Under the pieces are notes generated by a model, which saw only the letters and a list, made by a program, of their open reading frames with translations, had not been told where the DNA came from and did not search any database. DNA of 30,754 bases, taken from IMG/VR virus record IMGVR_UViG_3300032257_000080, positions 1 to 30,754 of that record, one strand, 5' to 3'. This document shows positions 7,738 through 16,275 of this stretch, one piece after another (within the stretch, counting starts at the first letter, position 1; each line of letters opens with the position of its first letter). A program made the position numbers and the translations under genes. This DNA comes from a virus (Duplodnaviria > Caudoviricetes).

Positions 7738-9342
7738 CTAAACAATCTTAAAGGTATCGCCATTTGCCATAGCGGTAGTAAGTGCTGTAAAGGTCAGTAA
7801 TCCAGTGACATTAGCATAATCAGTTATATCCGTTGCTTCACCCTCTGCATTACCCGATGTTACTACCATGACACGACCTATAAGCTGGTCATCTGCATAA
7901 CCTGATAGGTTGCTCGTAGCCTGAGTGGTTGATAACGCGCCAGTAGCCGCTGAACTGTAAATAATGCCTAGATTTAGATTATCAACAACAGTGTCGATAA
8001 TATCCTGTTTGGTCTCTGTCGCTATATCTGCATCGCTGATAGCCGTGTCTATTTCGGCGTTTAATTGCGCCATGATGGTTGCATCGTATGGATTGCCTGA
8101 ACCTGAACGTGTAAACGATACGCCGTCCTCAGTGCCAGAACCAGAGAGTGTAATATTCGGAATGGCGTCGCCAGCAGTTATTTCAATAGGCTGGAATGTA
8201 ATACTGTTTCCCTGTGTGCTTGCAATAGTTACGCCATCAGATCCGGTAATGGTGTCTAAATCTGTCTGCGCTGTTGATATAGGCGCATCTAAATTACCTA
8301 TATTGCTCTGTACGCTATCCGCTGCTGTTGTGTTGTCGCTAATCGCTTGAGCATCTACAACAGGTAGAGCGCTTGTTGCGCCATTTGAAACAGTTGTATG
8401 CTGCCATGTTTCTACATCAACCGAAGCGGGAACTAAAACAAACTCACTGGTAGCGTCCGGTGTAATAACCCATGTTTCCGCTACAGTAGCGACTTTTGTT
8501 GTTCCGTTATACGCTGTAATAATGTCATGCTCGCCTATACCAGTACCCTCAACGATCATACATCTATCACCCCGATAGATGTTATCTGTTGCGCTTGCTC
8601 CCGTATCAAGTGTTATGGTTGTTGCCGCGCCTGCTTGAGCTGTACCTGAATGAACCTCAAATGCTGCGTCTATTTGGCGTAATCGTTTACCGGCGGAATT
8701 ATTAATGTTGTGAGTTCCACCTGTTAATAATCTATCCCAAACAGCTTTTGCAATCTCTACCATGCCGGTCGCAGCTTGGCTGATTGCGTCTAGACCTGTC
8801 GCAGAAAGTGAATACCCTGTTTTGTCGTTATTGTTGGTTAGATTGGTTGTGGTGGTTATTGTACCGGCTGTAATGTTGGTCGGTGTTGCTAAGTCATCTA
8901 TTCCAGTTGCACCACCTGCTGATGTGGCTAGTCCACCCGCCGCGTCTGCTGCTGCATTTGGTAAGGCTGTCATGCCGCCGCGTACCGAATCAAATAAATC
9001 AACATCAGTAAGCTGGATTACACAGCCAATAACCACCATGCCGGTAACTGTGCCATGAACTACGACTTTATCGACACCAGAGGCGCAAGCTGCGTCCGGC
9101 AAATCAAATCGATAGACACCATTGCCGATATGTAAAAAACCGCCGTCTGTGTGGGCTGTGGTGAGTGCTGCAAGTGTTGCTTCTGTGATTGCTGTTGAGG
9201 CCGCGCCATCCCTGCGATACTGTAAGTCGATACCAGAGGTATTCCAGACAACCCCCGTTTCTGGTGTGCCGTCTGTTGAGTCAACTATACGCAATTCTAC
9301 TGATACGTTAGTTGTGCCTTTTGTAATCAAATAATTGTGCAT
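7738..9342 (-). CDS. Putative virion fibre/decoration protein
   Basis: 534 aa, T/A/G/D-rich and beta-rich composition; two internally similar domains. Confidence 0.65.
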   Translation of the reverse strand: MHNYLITKGTTNVSVELRIVDSTDGTPETGVVWNTSGIDLQYRRDGAASTAITEATLAALTTAHTDGGFLHIGNGVYRFDLPDAACASGVDKVVVHGTVTGMVVIGCVIQLTDVDLFDSVRGGMTALPNAAADAAGGLATSAGGATGIDDLATPTNITAGTITTTTNLTNNNDKTGYSLSATGLDAISQAATGMVEIAKAVWDRLLTGGTHNINNSAGKRLRQIDAAFEVHSGTAQAGAATTITLDTGASATDNIYRGDRCMIVEGTGIGEHDIITAYNGTTKVATVAETWVITPDATSEFVLVPASVDVETWQHTTVSNGATSALPVVDAQAISDNTTAADSVQSNIGNLDAPISTAQTDLDTITGSDGVTIASTQGNSITFQPIEITAGDAIPNITLSGSGTEDGVSFTRSGSGNPYDATIMAQLNAEIDTAISDADIATETKQDIIDTVVDNLNLGIIYSSAATGALSTTQATSNLSGYADDQLIGRVMVVTSGNAEGEATDITDYANVTGLLTFTALTTAMANGDTFKIV

Positions 9343-9351
9343 AGTTAGTCT

Positions 9352-9960
9352 CTATGTATAACTCATCATTAATGGGAGTATTGTACCACCTCCGCCCCCG
9401 CCAAGGTCTAGCCCTTCCCAAGAAGTGGCTCTGGATGCGCTTGAATTGCTAAAGTGTGTTACTCCATAATCGCCGCTGGTATGGTCTGTATCTGTCCATG
9501 CCGTTGAAAACCCCCCAGAGGTAATCTCCACATCATTAATAAAGGCGGTTAATGTTGCCGTGCTACCTGATACTGTCACCTCAAGGCGTAGTGTATCGCT
9601 AACAGCCAAGGACTCAGAAGATGAGGCTTTATCGTTGTTAGACGTGCCTGATACTGTAGACCCGCCCACAAGCCCATCTGTACCATCATCACATCGCAGG
9701 AAATAACAATTTGCGCTGCCATCCGTTGCTATATGGACACCAACACCTGTATAAACAAAGCCTGTAATAGCGCCAACGACTATCTCACTGGACTGGTCTA
9801 CCGATGGAGATTGGCCTGTGTAACCAGCTATATTCGAGCCTGCGTCATTGCCGTAAGCAGCATTGCTGAAAATATAGTACGTACCCTGATTTACAACCCA
9901 GTTAACATCATGAGTAGGCAAGGTTGTAAAGTTAGTATTTGTGAACGCATCCGAAGCCAT
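9352..9960 (-). CDS. Putative virion beta-sandwich (lectin-like) protein
   Basis: 202 aa, S/T/G-rich, DTLRLEVTVSGSTATLTAFIND beta pattern, poly-Gly linker near C-terminus. Confidence 0.55.
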   Translation of the reverse strand: MASDAFTNTNFTTLPTHDVNWVVNQGTYYIFSNAAYGNDAGSNIAGYTGQSPSVDQSSEIVVGAITGFVYTGVGVHIATDGSANCYFLRCDDGTDGLVGGSTVSGTSNNDKASSSESLAVSDTLRLEVTVSGSTATLTAFINDVEITSGGFSTAWTDTDHTSGDYGVTHFSNSSASRATSWEGLDLGGGGGGTILPLMMSYT

Positions 9961-10559
9961 TAGATGTCCTGCACCTGTGTCTGTGCTGCCATTAGCTGTA
10001 TAAACGCAGCTTGTATGGTTGTTGAGCCTGTAAGCTCTGTTGTGTCCATGCCGTGATTCTCAGCAAACTTTCTAAGCCTTGCTCTCTTTCCGGCTGGTAT
10101 TTGGGATAACGTGCTGTTTCTGGTTAACCCACCAGCGAATAAGTTTTCTTTAAGGCCATCAAGCGAGTACATGTATTTGTTGATTTTGAATAACCGAACA
10201 ATGTTATGTATCACGTTTTTGTAGGTTAGTGATACATTGACCCATCCGCTAGGTAAATCAAGATCATCTAATCTGGCTTTTACTGCATTAACTCTAGCCG
10301 CGGTCAGTGTGCTGTTAATATTAGCAGGGAATCGCAATACATCAGGGTATGCGGCGAGCGTGTTAAGCGTTGTTGTGTCTGCTTCGATCTTTGCAATAGC
10401 CACGTTAGCAGCGCCATTATGCCGCCAGTCGAACCCCTGAACCGATAAACCGTCCCTCTTGTGTTGATTGTTGATGTATTTCATGTCCCGGTCACTACGC
10501 CACGGGTTTGTGCTATGTACCGTTTCAACCAGTGGAATTATAAAATATCTGACAGGCAT
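9960..10559 (-). CDS. Hypothetical protein
   Basis: 199-aa ORF; TAATG overlap with next gene. Confidence 0.75.
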   Translation of the reverse strand: MPVRYFIIPLVETVHSTNPWRSDRDMKYINNQHKRDGLSVQGFDWRHNGAANVAIAKIEADTTTLNTLAAYPDVLRFPANINSTLTAARVNAVKARLDDLDLPSGWVNVSLTYKNVIHNIVRLFKINKYMYSLDGLKENLFAGGLTRNSTLSQIPAGKRARLRKFAENHGMDTTELTGSTTIQAAFIQLMAAQTQVQDI

Positions 10560-10602
10560 TATTGAATACCGAAAAGTTTATTCATAATAGTATTTTACCA
10601 CA

Positions 10603-10953
10603 TCAACTGGGTTTTTTAACTAACGATAACAAGCGAGGCCAGATCATTTCGATAATGAGTTTATAAGCAGCAATGCCAAGACCACCACAACAAACGCTAA
10701 TGAACATCCAAAACCATAAGGGTTGCTTAGGTAGTCCGAAATAATAGCCAATTAATCCCCCTGATAATCCGAATATAAAGGCAGCAAGCCAAATAATAGC
10801 TGTTTTTCTTATTTTTCTACGCTCTGGCCAGAAGCCAAAATAGATATACTTAAACGCCTGAGTGAGCGACATAACGCCGATAGTAATAACCACCAGAGCC
10901 GTCTTTTGTGCCGGTGAAAATAAATCAATAAGCTGATTTAGGTAGGCTTCCAT
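10603..10953 (-). CDS. Putative holin (3 transmembrane segments)
   Basis: 116 aa, three hydrophobic helices, basic C-terminus, near start of late region. Confidence 0.55.
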   Translation of the reverse strand: MEAYLNQLIDLFSPAQKTALVVITIGVMSLTQAFKYIYFGFWPERRKIRKTAIIWLAAFIFGLSGGLIGYYFGLPKQPLWFWMFISVCCGGLGIAAYKLIIEMIWPRLLSLVKKPS

Positions 10954-11339
10954 TATTTATGCGCTATATCGTTATCTAAATGATTTTTGAATGAATCAAT
11001 GATCGATGATTGAACCGCTTGTTCTGTGATGGTTTTCTGTAAAATCTTGGTTTGCTCTCGCGCTATCTTGTTTTCTTCAACGCCTTGTTTTTCCATGACC
11101 TTAACCGTTGTGGATATCTCAGTTAATACCCTGATAGTTGCCTTGCCGGTCGCTGTCATTTCGGCCTGCATCTTCTCGATAGCCACTTCTTGTCGTTCAT
11201 TAATGATACGATTCTGCTCTATTTGTGGTAGCTGAGAGGCTACCGCAACAATGAATAGCGTTGTTAGACCTAAAAACAACTTCCACACCCATCCACGAAT
11301 AAAATTATATTTATCTTCATCTGCCTTCTTCGTCATCAC
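10953..11339 (-). CDS. Membrane-anchored coiled-coil protein (lysis-cassette-like)
   Basis: N-terminal TM helix followed by a heptad-like region; coupled to holin-like gene. Confidence 0.6.
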   Translation of the reverse strand: MMTKKADEDKYNFIRGWVWKLFLGLTTLFIVAVASQLPQIEQNRIINERQEVAIEKMQAEMTATGKATIRVLTEISTTVKVMEKQGVEENKIAREQTKILQKTITEQAVQSSIIDSFKNHLDNDIAHK

Positions 11340-11373
11340 TATTTACCTTTTTATTATTTTTCGGTTAAATAGC

Positions 11374-11457
11374 TTAGGCGTAGCGCTTCTTAATCTTTTT
11401 CTTAGGCGTTTTAGGCGTTTTCTTTTTCGGGGTAGGCTTACAGTCTTTCTTTGCCAT
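11374..11457 (-). CDS. Lysine-rich mini-peptide MAKKDCKPTPKKKTPKTPKKKIKKRYA (27 aa)
   Basis: Not in ORF track. AGGAG RBS 5 nt before ATG at 11457; TPKK repeats. Confidence 0.7.
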   Translation of the reverse strand: MAKKDCKPTPKKKTPKTPKKKIKKRYA

Positions 11458-11465
11458 GTTCGCTC

Positions 11466-11639
11466 CTATGAGGTCATTAGCTGGTGGTATGCGTTATCCC
11501 GTAGTTTATCATAATCTACAGACTTGTCTTGTTTAGGGCAATTAAAGCACTTTGCAGGGCTGTCTATGTGGATAGCGTCGATTGCGTTAGCTTCAAATGG
11601 TGGCTTGATCTTGAGTTGCTTGTACTCTTGTTCAGTCAT
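11466..11639 (-). CDS. Hypothetical protein (57 aa, CxxC)
   Basis: Not in ORF track. MTEQEYKQLK...CFNC...; AGGGG RBS; first gene after candidate promoter. Confidence 0.65.
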   Translation of the reverse strand: MTEQEYKQLKIKPPFEANAIDAIHIDSPAKCFNCPKQDKSVDYDKLRDNAYHQLMTS

Positions 11640-11664
11640 ATCTAAACCCCTTAGCGTTATGGCT

Positions 11665-11693
11665 ATTTTAACTATTATTGGTGATGGTTACAA
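11665..11693 (-). promoter_or_regulatory. Candidate sigma70 promoter at the head of the late region
   Basis: TTGTAA-17nt-TAAAAT on minus strand in the gap after YopX. Confidence 0.5.
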
Positions 11694-11694
11694 A

Positions 11695-12054
11695 TTAAGT
11701 GGTTTCTTTCAATAATTCTGGATTCTCGTAAATATTACCGATTACTTCTATCGCTTGTTTATAGTAGATATTAATAAATGGACTATTTACCTGAAATCCA
11801 GCCCTATCAATTTCACCATAAATAATTGAATCTCGATGCCTTATCATGTTTGCGCTTATGTACTCCAAAATATCCCCCTCATAAATCTCAGTACCGTTCT
11901 TATCGAGCAATCCTGTAAACTGCATGATCTCACAAGCGTAATGGTCTGATAAAAATTCGCCCAGCTCTTCATTAGTGGATAATGGGCCAGATATTACCTC
12001 TGGCATGTAATCCATTTCTCCATCACCAAAAGCTCTAAATTTAATCGTTCTCAT
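11695..12054 (-). CDS. yopX: YopX family protein
   Basis: MRTIKFRA..., MQFTGLLDKNGTEIYEGDI and EVIGNIYENPELL signature motifs. Confidence 0.92.
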   Translation of the reverse strand: MRTIKFRAFGDGEMDYMPEVISGPLSTNEELGEFLSDHYACEIMQFTGLLDKNGTEIYEGDILEYISANMIRHRDSIIYGEIDRAGFQVNSPFINIYYKQAIEVIGNIYENPELLKETT

Positions 12055-12070
12055 GCTCTTATCCTTATCT

Positions 12071-12106
12071 AAAAATAAGCCCTACCTCATTCGTGCAGGG
12101 CTTATT
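12071..12106 (-). terminator. Intrinsic terminator-like hairpin
   Basis: AATAAGCCCT/AGGGCTTATT 10-bp inverted repeat ending in a T run on minus strand. Confidence 0.6.
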
Positions 12107-12235
12107 CAGTTCTTAATATTTCTCTATGTTTATGAGGTAAATCTATTTAGTTAGTCCATGATTGCAAATCCTCCGGTCATAGCGTTAATAAATATATGTT
12201 CTCTGCACCCAGAAAGCCGCAATAAAGCGGCTGGT

Positions 12236-12268
12236 AAAAAACTCCGGCTGCTAGGATGCAAACCGGAG
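12236..12268 (-). terminator. Intrinsic terminator-like hairpin after exonuclease gene
   Basis: CTCCGG/CCGGAG stem followed by TTTTTT on minus strand. Confidence 0.55.
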
Positions 12269-12331
12269 AACATACTCCCAACGCAGGGAGTGACAGGGTG
12301 GCAAGATATACCGCTTGCCGTCGGATTGGGG

Positions 12332-12949
12332 TTAGTATTCGTTAATTATTTTAAGTATTCTGTCTCTTTCGCGGATCACTCCTACAAGCTGACTCCTTAA
12401 GCCTTCGACTATTTTATCATCCGGCTCATTACGAATAACCAGCATAGGCAAATCAGGATGATAGAAAACCAGATCACACCATTCGCGCTCACAGACCATC
12501 ATTTGACCTTGAATCTGCTGAATATAAGCCGGTGGTGATTTCTTGTTTTTACTGTAATAAATCAGCGCTCCAATATGGTTAGCTGTTTTTAAGCACTTGA
12601 ACTCAACCATGCCGTCATCATTTATCAGCCCGTCAGGTGATACGCCATATAAGCCGCTATCAGGCGTTACAAATCCAGTCTCGACAACTTCGCTATCATT
12701 GAGAAATTGATAGCTTGCGCGGGCTTGTGGCTCTAGCTCAGTACCTCTATCTGTCCATTGGTTGCCTTCAAATGAATCTAGTGGCTTTCCGGCGTACAAA
12801 TCACCAGCCAGATTAGCTGCATAAGTTTCCATTGATTTTGATGGCGCACCCGTTGAGGTGATCAGGTCTTTAAATTTTGACCCTGTAGGAATACCACAAC
12901 GAACCGCAAACCATTCATCAGTGCCTTGTTCCATGTTATGCGTAATCAT
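12332..12949 (-). CDS. YqaJ/lambda-exonuclease family recombination nuclease
   Basis: QGTDEWFAVRCGIPTGS, GTELEPQAR, SPDG...EFKC, QIQGQM motifs. Confidence 0.93.
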   Translation of the reverse strand: MITHNMEQGTDEWFAVRCGIPTGSKFKDLITSTGAPSKSMETYAANLAGDLYAGKPLDSFEGNQWTDRGTELEPQARASYQFLNDSEVVETGFVTPDSGLYGVSPDGLINDDGMVEFKCLKTANHIGALIYYSKNKKSPPAYIQQIQGQMMVCEREWCDLVFYHPDLPMLVIRNEPDDKIVEGLRSQLVGVIRERDRILKIINEY

Positions 12950-13743
12950 TTTTTAGCCTTCTTTTTTGCTTTAATACCCATGTCAATTTGTCGCTTTGCC
13001 TCTGGTAGAGCGTTAATGCTAATTTCTTCAATCGAATTAACCTTTAAAGCATCCTTTAACCAGCGCTCATATTGCTTCATTGGCAGCTCGTTTTCATTAA
13101 TCAGCGCATATAATTCATTAGCCTGAATTTCCGTGATTTTTTCAACAGGTTCATTGCCGTCATTTTCATCTTCACCAATAGCAACATTGAAGATAAGTTT
13201 TAGCAGGTAGCGCATTCCGTATGTCATAGCTGCGCCTGTAGCGTGAGTCTGTGTCATTACGTTGCCGCCTTTTGCTCCTTTGCCATCTGCCGACATATCA
13301 ATGTAATGCTTTCGTGAGTGGCCATCACTGTGCGAAACATGACAAGTAACACGGACAAAATCTTGAGCCGCCCCCTCATCAGTACCAAACGATAAAGCAA
13401 AACCGTTCTCGGTATAAATCGGTCTCAGCACTCTATCCAAAGCGGCATAGCTGGCGTAATTGCTTTTTGTTTGGGGATTGGTGCAATCCGCTGATATTCT
13501 ACCCATCTTTGATTGCGCCTTGCTCATAGCCTCATTAAATGCCTCCTCTGAGGTTTTTGCTGTGATCTTCTGGTGCATTTCAAATAAACGCTCCATTTTA
13601 TCAACGTCAACATCTGGATTGAGTGCGGCTCGTTCAATAACCTGCATAATTGCTGCTGATTCGGTGACCGGAATTACATTTCCAACCGGCTCTGTTATTA
13701 ATGGCTGTCCTGATGTCATTTCTTTACTCTCTTGATCTGTCAT
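12946..13743 (-). CDS. erf: ERF family single-strand annealing protein
   Basis: DVDKMERL, NPQTKSNYASY, GAAMTYGMRY...GEDENDG motifs; adjacent to exonuclease. Confidence 0.9.
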   Translation of the reverse strand: MTDQESKEMTSGQPLITEPVGNVIPVTESAAIMQVIERAALNPDVDVDKMERLFEMHQKITAKTSEEAFNEAMSKAQSKMGRISADCTNPQTKSNYASYAALDRVLRPIYTENGFALSFGTDEGAAQDFVRVTCHVSHSDGHSRKHYIDMSADGKGAKGGNVMTQTHATGAAMTYGMRYLLKLIFNVAIGEDENDGNEPVEKITEIQANELYALINENELPMKQYERWLKDALKVNSIEEISINALPEAKRQIDMGIKAKKKAKK

Positions 13744-13898
13744 GATTTCACCTGTCGTTTATCTTCTTCATAAGCCGCTGCAAAATTCCTGCGCTCGGCT
13801 TGGTTTAGTTTCATTACGTCAACTATTATGTCGTGGTCTTTGCCTGACTCACGATAAGCTGTGTATAGCTGATATCTGTTTTTGTTTTCGGTATCCAT
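13740..13898 (-). CDS. Hypothetical protein (52 aa)
   Basis: Not in ORF track. MDTENKNRYQLY...; TAATG and ATGA overlaps fill the gap exactly. Confidence 0.7.
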   Translation of the reverse strand: MDTENKNRYQLYTAYRESGKDHDIIVDVMKLNQAERRNFAAAYEEDKRQVKS

Positions 13899-14113
13899 TA
13901 GCACGCCTGATGCGCTACTGGCGATGGTGTTTTGTAATGACTATGATCAGTCATGTATTTGTCACAGATTTTGCAGAATCTATCATTATCATCTTGAGCC
14001 ACGAAATAATGACGCTCTGATAATGCCCGCATGATTTCTTCGTCCTGAGCAAGCTGCTCATCGGTTCTGTCGTCATCCTGAGAATCGTAATATTTATTGT
14101 TATCAACGCTCAT
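13898..14113 (-). CDS. Hypothetical protein
   Basis: 71-aa operon-packed ORF with CKIC and His residues. Confidence 0.65.
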   Translation of the reverse strand: MSVDNNKYYDSQDDDRTDEQLAQDEEIMRALSERHYFVAQDDNDRFCKICDKYMTDHSHYKTPSPVAHQAC

Positions 14114-14661
14114 TTAACCAGCTCCAATAGCTTCTTTTCTTCTTCTGAGTTTATCCTTCCGTGATTTGGATGAAATCCATATCTGAATTCTGCTGATTTA
14201 CGAGCGCAGATTGCTTCAAATTTATCTTTAAAGTGTCCGATGTATATGTTTTTATGATTTGCCTTTATTCTGACAAGCCAAGCTGAATCTTTTTTGTTCC
14301 AAACGAGACCCACTACTCCAGACGTATTATTTTTTTGTATTGTTCTATTTTTTTGATTTTCGAGTTTTGAAACGCTTCTCAAATTACACCACCTGTTGTC
14401 GGTTCTAATATGGTTTATGTGGTCTATTTCATCTGGCTGCTCGCCGGTCATATAAACATAGGCGACTCTATGTGCTAAATACACCATATTATCCATAAAC
14501 AAATACAAATATCCGTCTGATGTGGTTGGCCTACAAACAACCGGAGAGTAGTGTATTTTCTTATTTTTTTTCCATTCAAAAAAACCAGTATCGGGATCGT
14601 AAACTACAGTGTCTATTGTTTTCTCATAGTCAATGTGTCTATACTTATTCATCATTCCCAC
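14110..14661 (-). CDS. HNH homing endonuclease with AP2-like C-terminal domain
   Basis: LAHRVAY...IDHINHIRTDNRWCNLR...ENQKN HNH motif; NTSGVVGLVW...IGHF...AICARKSAE AP2 pattern. Confidence 0.92.
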   Translation of the reverse strand: MGMMNKYRHIDYEKTIDTVVYDPDTGFFEWKKNKKIHYSPVVCRPTTSDGYLYLFMDNMVYLAHRVAYVYMTGEQPDEIDHINHIRTDNRWCNLRSVSKLENQKNRTIQKNNTSGVVGLVWNKKDSAWLVRIKANHKNIYIGHFKDKFEAICARKSAEFRYGFHPNHGRINSEEEKKLLELVK

Positions 14662-14855
14662 CCTCTATTTATTCTGTTGCCGTTACTGTCGAACCTGATC
14701 TTTGAGTTTTCAATACTTTTATCAAATGTCATGAACTCAGGCAGTCCGTAGATTTCGATAGCTTCACTAATTAGCCATGCCGCCATAATAGCCAGCAGGA
14801 CTAATAAACACTTGAAGCACCTTATTATCCTTAAATCCTTTTTGCTTGGTCTCAT
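14652..14855 (-). CDS. Small membrane protein
   Basis: 67 aa with one hydrophobic helix. Confidence 0.6.
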   Translation of the reverse strand: MRPSKKDLRIIRCFKCLLVLLAIMAAWLISEAIEIYGLPEFMTFDKSIENSKIRFDSNGNRINRGWE

Positions 14856-14865
14856 TGGCTTGTCC

Positions 14866-15075
14866 TTATTTGCCCCAAAGTTCTTTGGCTTTTTTTAGGG
14901 CTTTGATCATGTTGTCAATATCAGCATATTCACACAAATATTTTGTTTTCTCTTCGTCATCAAAATAAATACCGACTGTTACAGCGTCAGCCATAACAAG
15001 CCTGTCATTAGAATCATCAAACTTAATTTCTGTGATTTCTTCTTTTACTTTATCTCTAATATCTAATGTAGCCAT
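14866..15075 (-). CDS. Hypothetical protein, first gene of leftward early operon
   Basis: 69 aa, purine-rich RBS, downstream of consensus promoter. Confidence 0.75.
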   Translation of the reverse strand: MATLDIRDKVKEEITEIKFDDSNDRLVMADAVTVGIYFDDEEKTKYLCEYADIDNMIKALKKAKELWGK

Positions 15076-15113
15076 CTCTCTTCCCCTGTCTGTATTTATT
15101 GTTTCGATGGCTA

Positions 15114-15143
15114 ATTATAGGCATAGCTATATTTGATTGTCAA
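15114..15143 (-). promoter_or_regulatory. Leftward early sigma70 promoter
   Basis: Perfect TTGACA-18nt-TATAAT on minus strand. Confidence 0.85.
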
Positions 15144-15153
15144 CTACTAACGA

Positions 15154-15168
15154 GTATTATTTTAATAC
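15154..15168. promoter_or_regulatory. Palindromic candidate operator between divergent promoters
   Basis: GTATTA-TTT-TAATAC. Confidence 0.45.
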
Positions 15169-15178
15169 GCTGTTTAGG

Positions 15179-15207
15179 TTGACATTCGCATACTATAGGA
15201 TTAGTAT
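15179..15207 (+). promoter_or_regulatory. Rightward early sigma70 promoter
   Basis: TTGACA-17nt-TAGTAT; ATACTA/TAGTAT inverted repeat overlaps the -10. Confidence 0.8.
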
Positions 15208-15235
15208 CATAGGCACATTACAAAAAAGGTGATTT

Positions 15236-15448
15236 ATGAGTCTATTAACAATTACGTCAAAACTACTTAAAGAGTGTCCATTATCCAAGCCATTTATTGC
15301 AGATGAGTTCGGTTGCTCTATTGGGTATCTGAATGATATTTCAGCCATGTCAGGCGACCCCGGCATTAAAAAACTGGAATGCCTGCACGATTGGCTGATT
15401 GATGAAAAGGCGCATCGAGCAAAGCAGCAAAGGAAATGCAAAAAATGA
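15236..15448 (+). CDS. Cro-like helix-turn-helix regulator
   Basis: 70 aa, IADEFGCSIGYLNDI HTH and DPGIKKLECL; first gene after rightward promoter; AGGTGA RBS. Confidence 0.7.
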   Translation: MSLLTITSKLLKECPLSKPFIADEFGCSIGYLNDISAMSGDPGIKKLECLHDWLIDEKAHRAKQQRKCKK

Positions 15449-15654
15449 GCAAGACCATGCAAATGAACTATTGCAACGGCTGTGTTTATGTGATGAACAA
15501 CGAAACCGGCGAATGTGACAATATTTTTGCTTTTGATTATCTGGATAAGGTCGAGGAAATATCGCCAGAGTTCAGAGATTGGCCTGACCTACATGAAGCA
15601 TGGAAGTATTACCGTAACGAAATAAGCAAGCCCTTACCGGCTTTGAGGAATTGA
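15445..15654 (+). CDS. Hypothetical protein
   Basis: ATGA overlap with Cro-like gene. Confidence 0.65.
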   Translation: MSKTMQMNYCNGCVYVMNNETGECDNIFAFDYLDKVEEISPEFRDWPDLHEAWKYYRNEISKPLPALRN

Positions 15655-15655
15655 T

Positions 15656-15928
15656 ATGGCTAAGAAATTAAACCGCTGGAATGGTCGAGCAACTGACTGG
15701 GCTATAAACAATAAAAAAGTTCAGCGTATTTATATCGGTGCATTTAGTCGTGCAGATGCTTCAAGAGCCTTGAAGGAAGCAGGTTATTTGTACGGGACAG
15801 ATAGCGAATTAAAGAATTATTTTTCTGAATGCTGGGGAAACTCAATGGACGGCATTAATCTTGACCGTGGCGTATGGGTGTCTTTCAGCGGGCATAGCTC
15901 AAAAGAAGTTATTGAGAGGATATTATGA
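15656..15928 (+). CDS. Hypothetical protein
   Basis: 90 aa, GAGGA RBS. Confidence 0.75.
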   Translation: MAKKLNRWNGRATDWAINNKKVQRIYIGAFSRADASRALKEAGYLYGTDSELKNYFSECWGNSMDGINLDRGVWVSFSGHSSKEVIERIL

Positions 15929-16275
15929 ACCTAGACAACCTAACAAACCCAGAGCTTGACAGGCTTTGTGCTGAAAAGATGGAGTGGAAGCTTGATGGTT
16001 TCTCGCTGGAAGAAGATAGATTTGGCGACATCCTTATGGATGAATACGAAACGCCGAAACTGTATTTCAGCCCTACCACAAATAAAGATCAGTGCTTTGA
16101 TTTGCTGATTGAGAATTTATTAACAGTCACCCCGCCTTGTTATGGTAGTGGTAAATGGAGCGCGGAAGTTTATGTTCCCAAAGGCGATGATAATCACAGG
16201 TTTCGATTTCATACAGAAGACACCGACCCACTACGGGCAATCGTTAAGGCTTACATAATGAGCAAGGGGGAGTGA
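15925..16275 (+). CDS. NinX-like / phage ABA-sandwich family protein
   Basis: ELDRLCAEKMEW...FSPTTNKDQCFDL...DPLRAIVKAYI pattern. Confidence 0.65.
   Translation: MNLDNLTNPELDRLCAEKMEWKLDGFSLEEDRFGDILMDEYETPKLYFSPTTNKDQCFDLLIENLLTVTPPCYGSGKWSAEVYVPKGDDNHRFRFHTEDTDPLRAIVKAYIMSKGE

Noticed and set aside
739-11715. Numerous plus-strand ORFs of 60-130 aa and nested minus-strand alternates
   Set aside because: They lie opposite or inside well-supported minus-strand genes and lack RBS or protein-like features
12158-12400. 80-aa plus-strand ORF and a 40-aa minus-strand frame across the hairpin cluster
   Set aside because: Wrong orientation or poorly spaced RBS; the region is better explained by RNA structure
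15193-15462. Minus-strand ORF as a possible CI repressor
   Set aside because: Antisense to the Cro-like gene, with no HTH or S24 peptidase motifs
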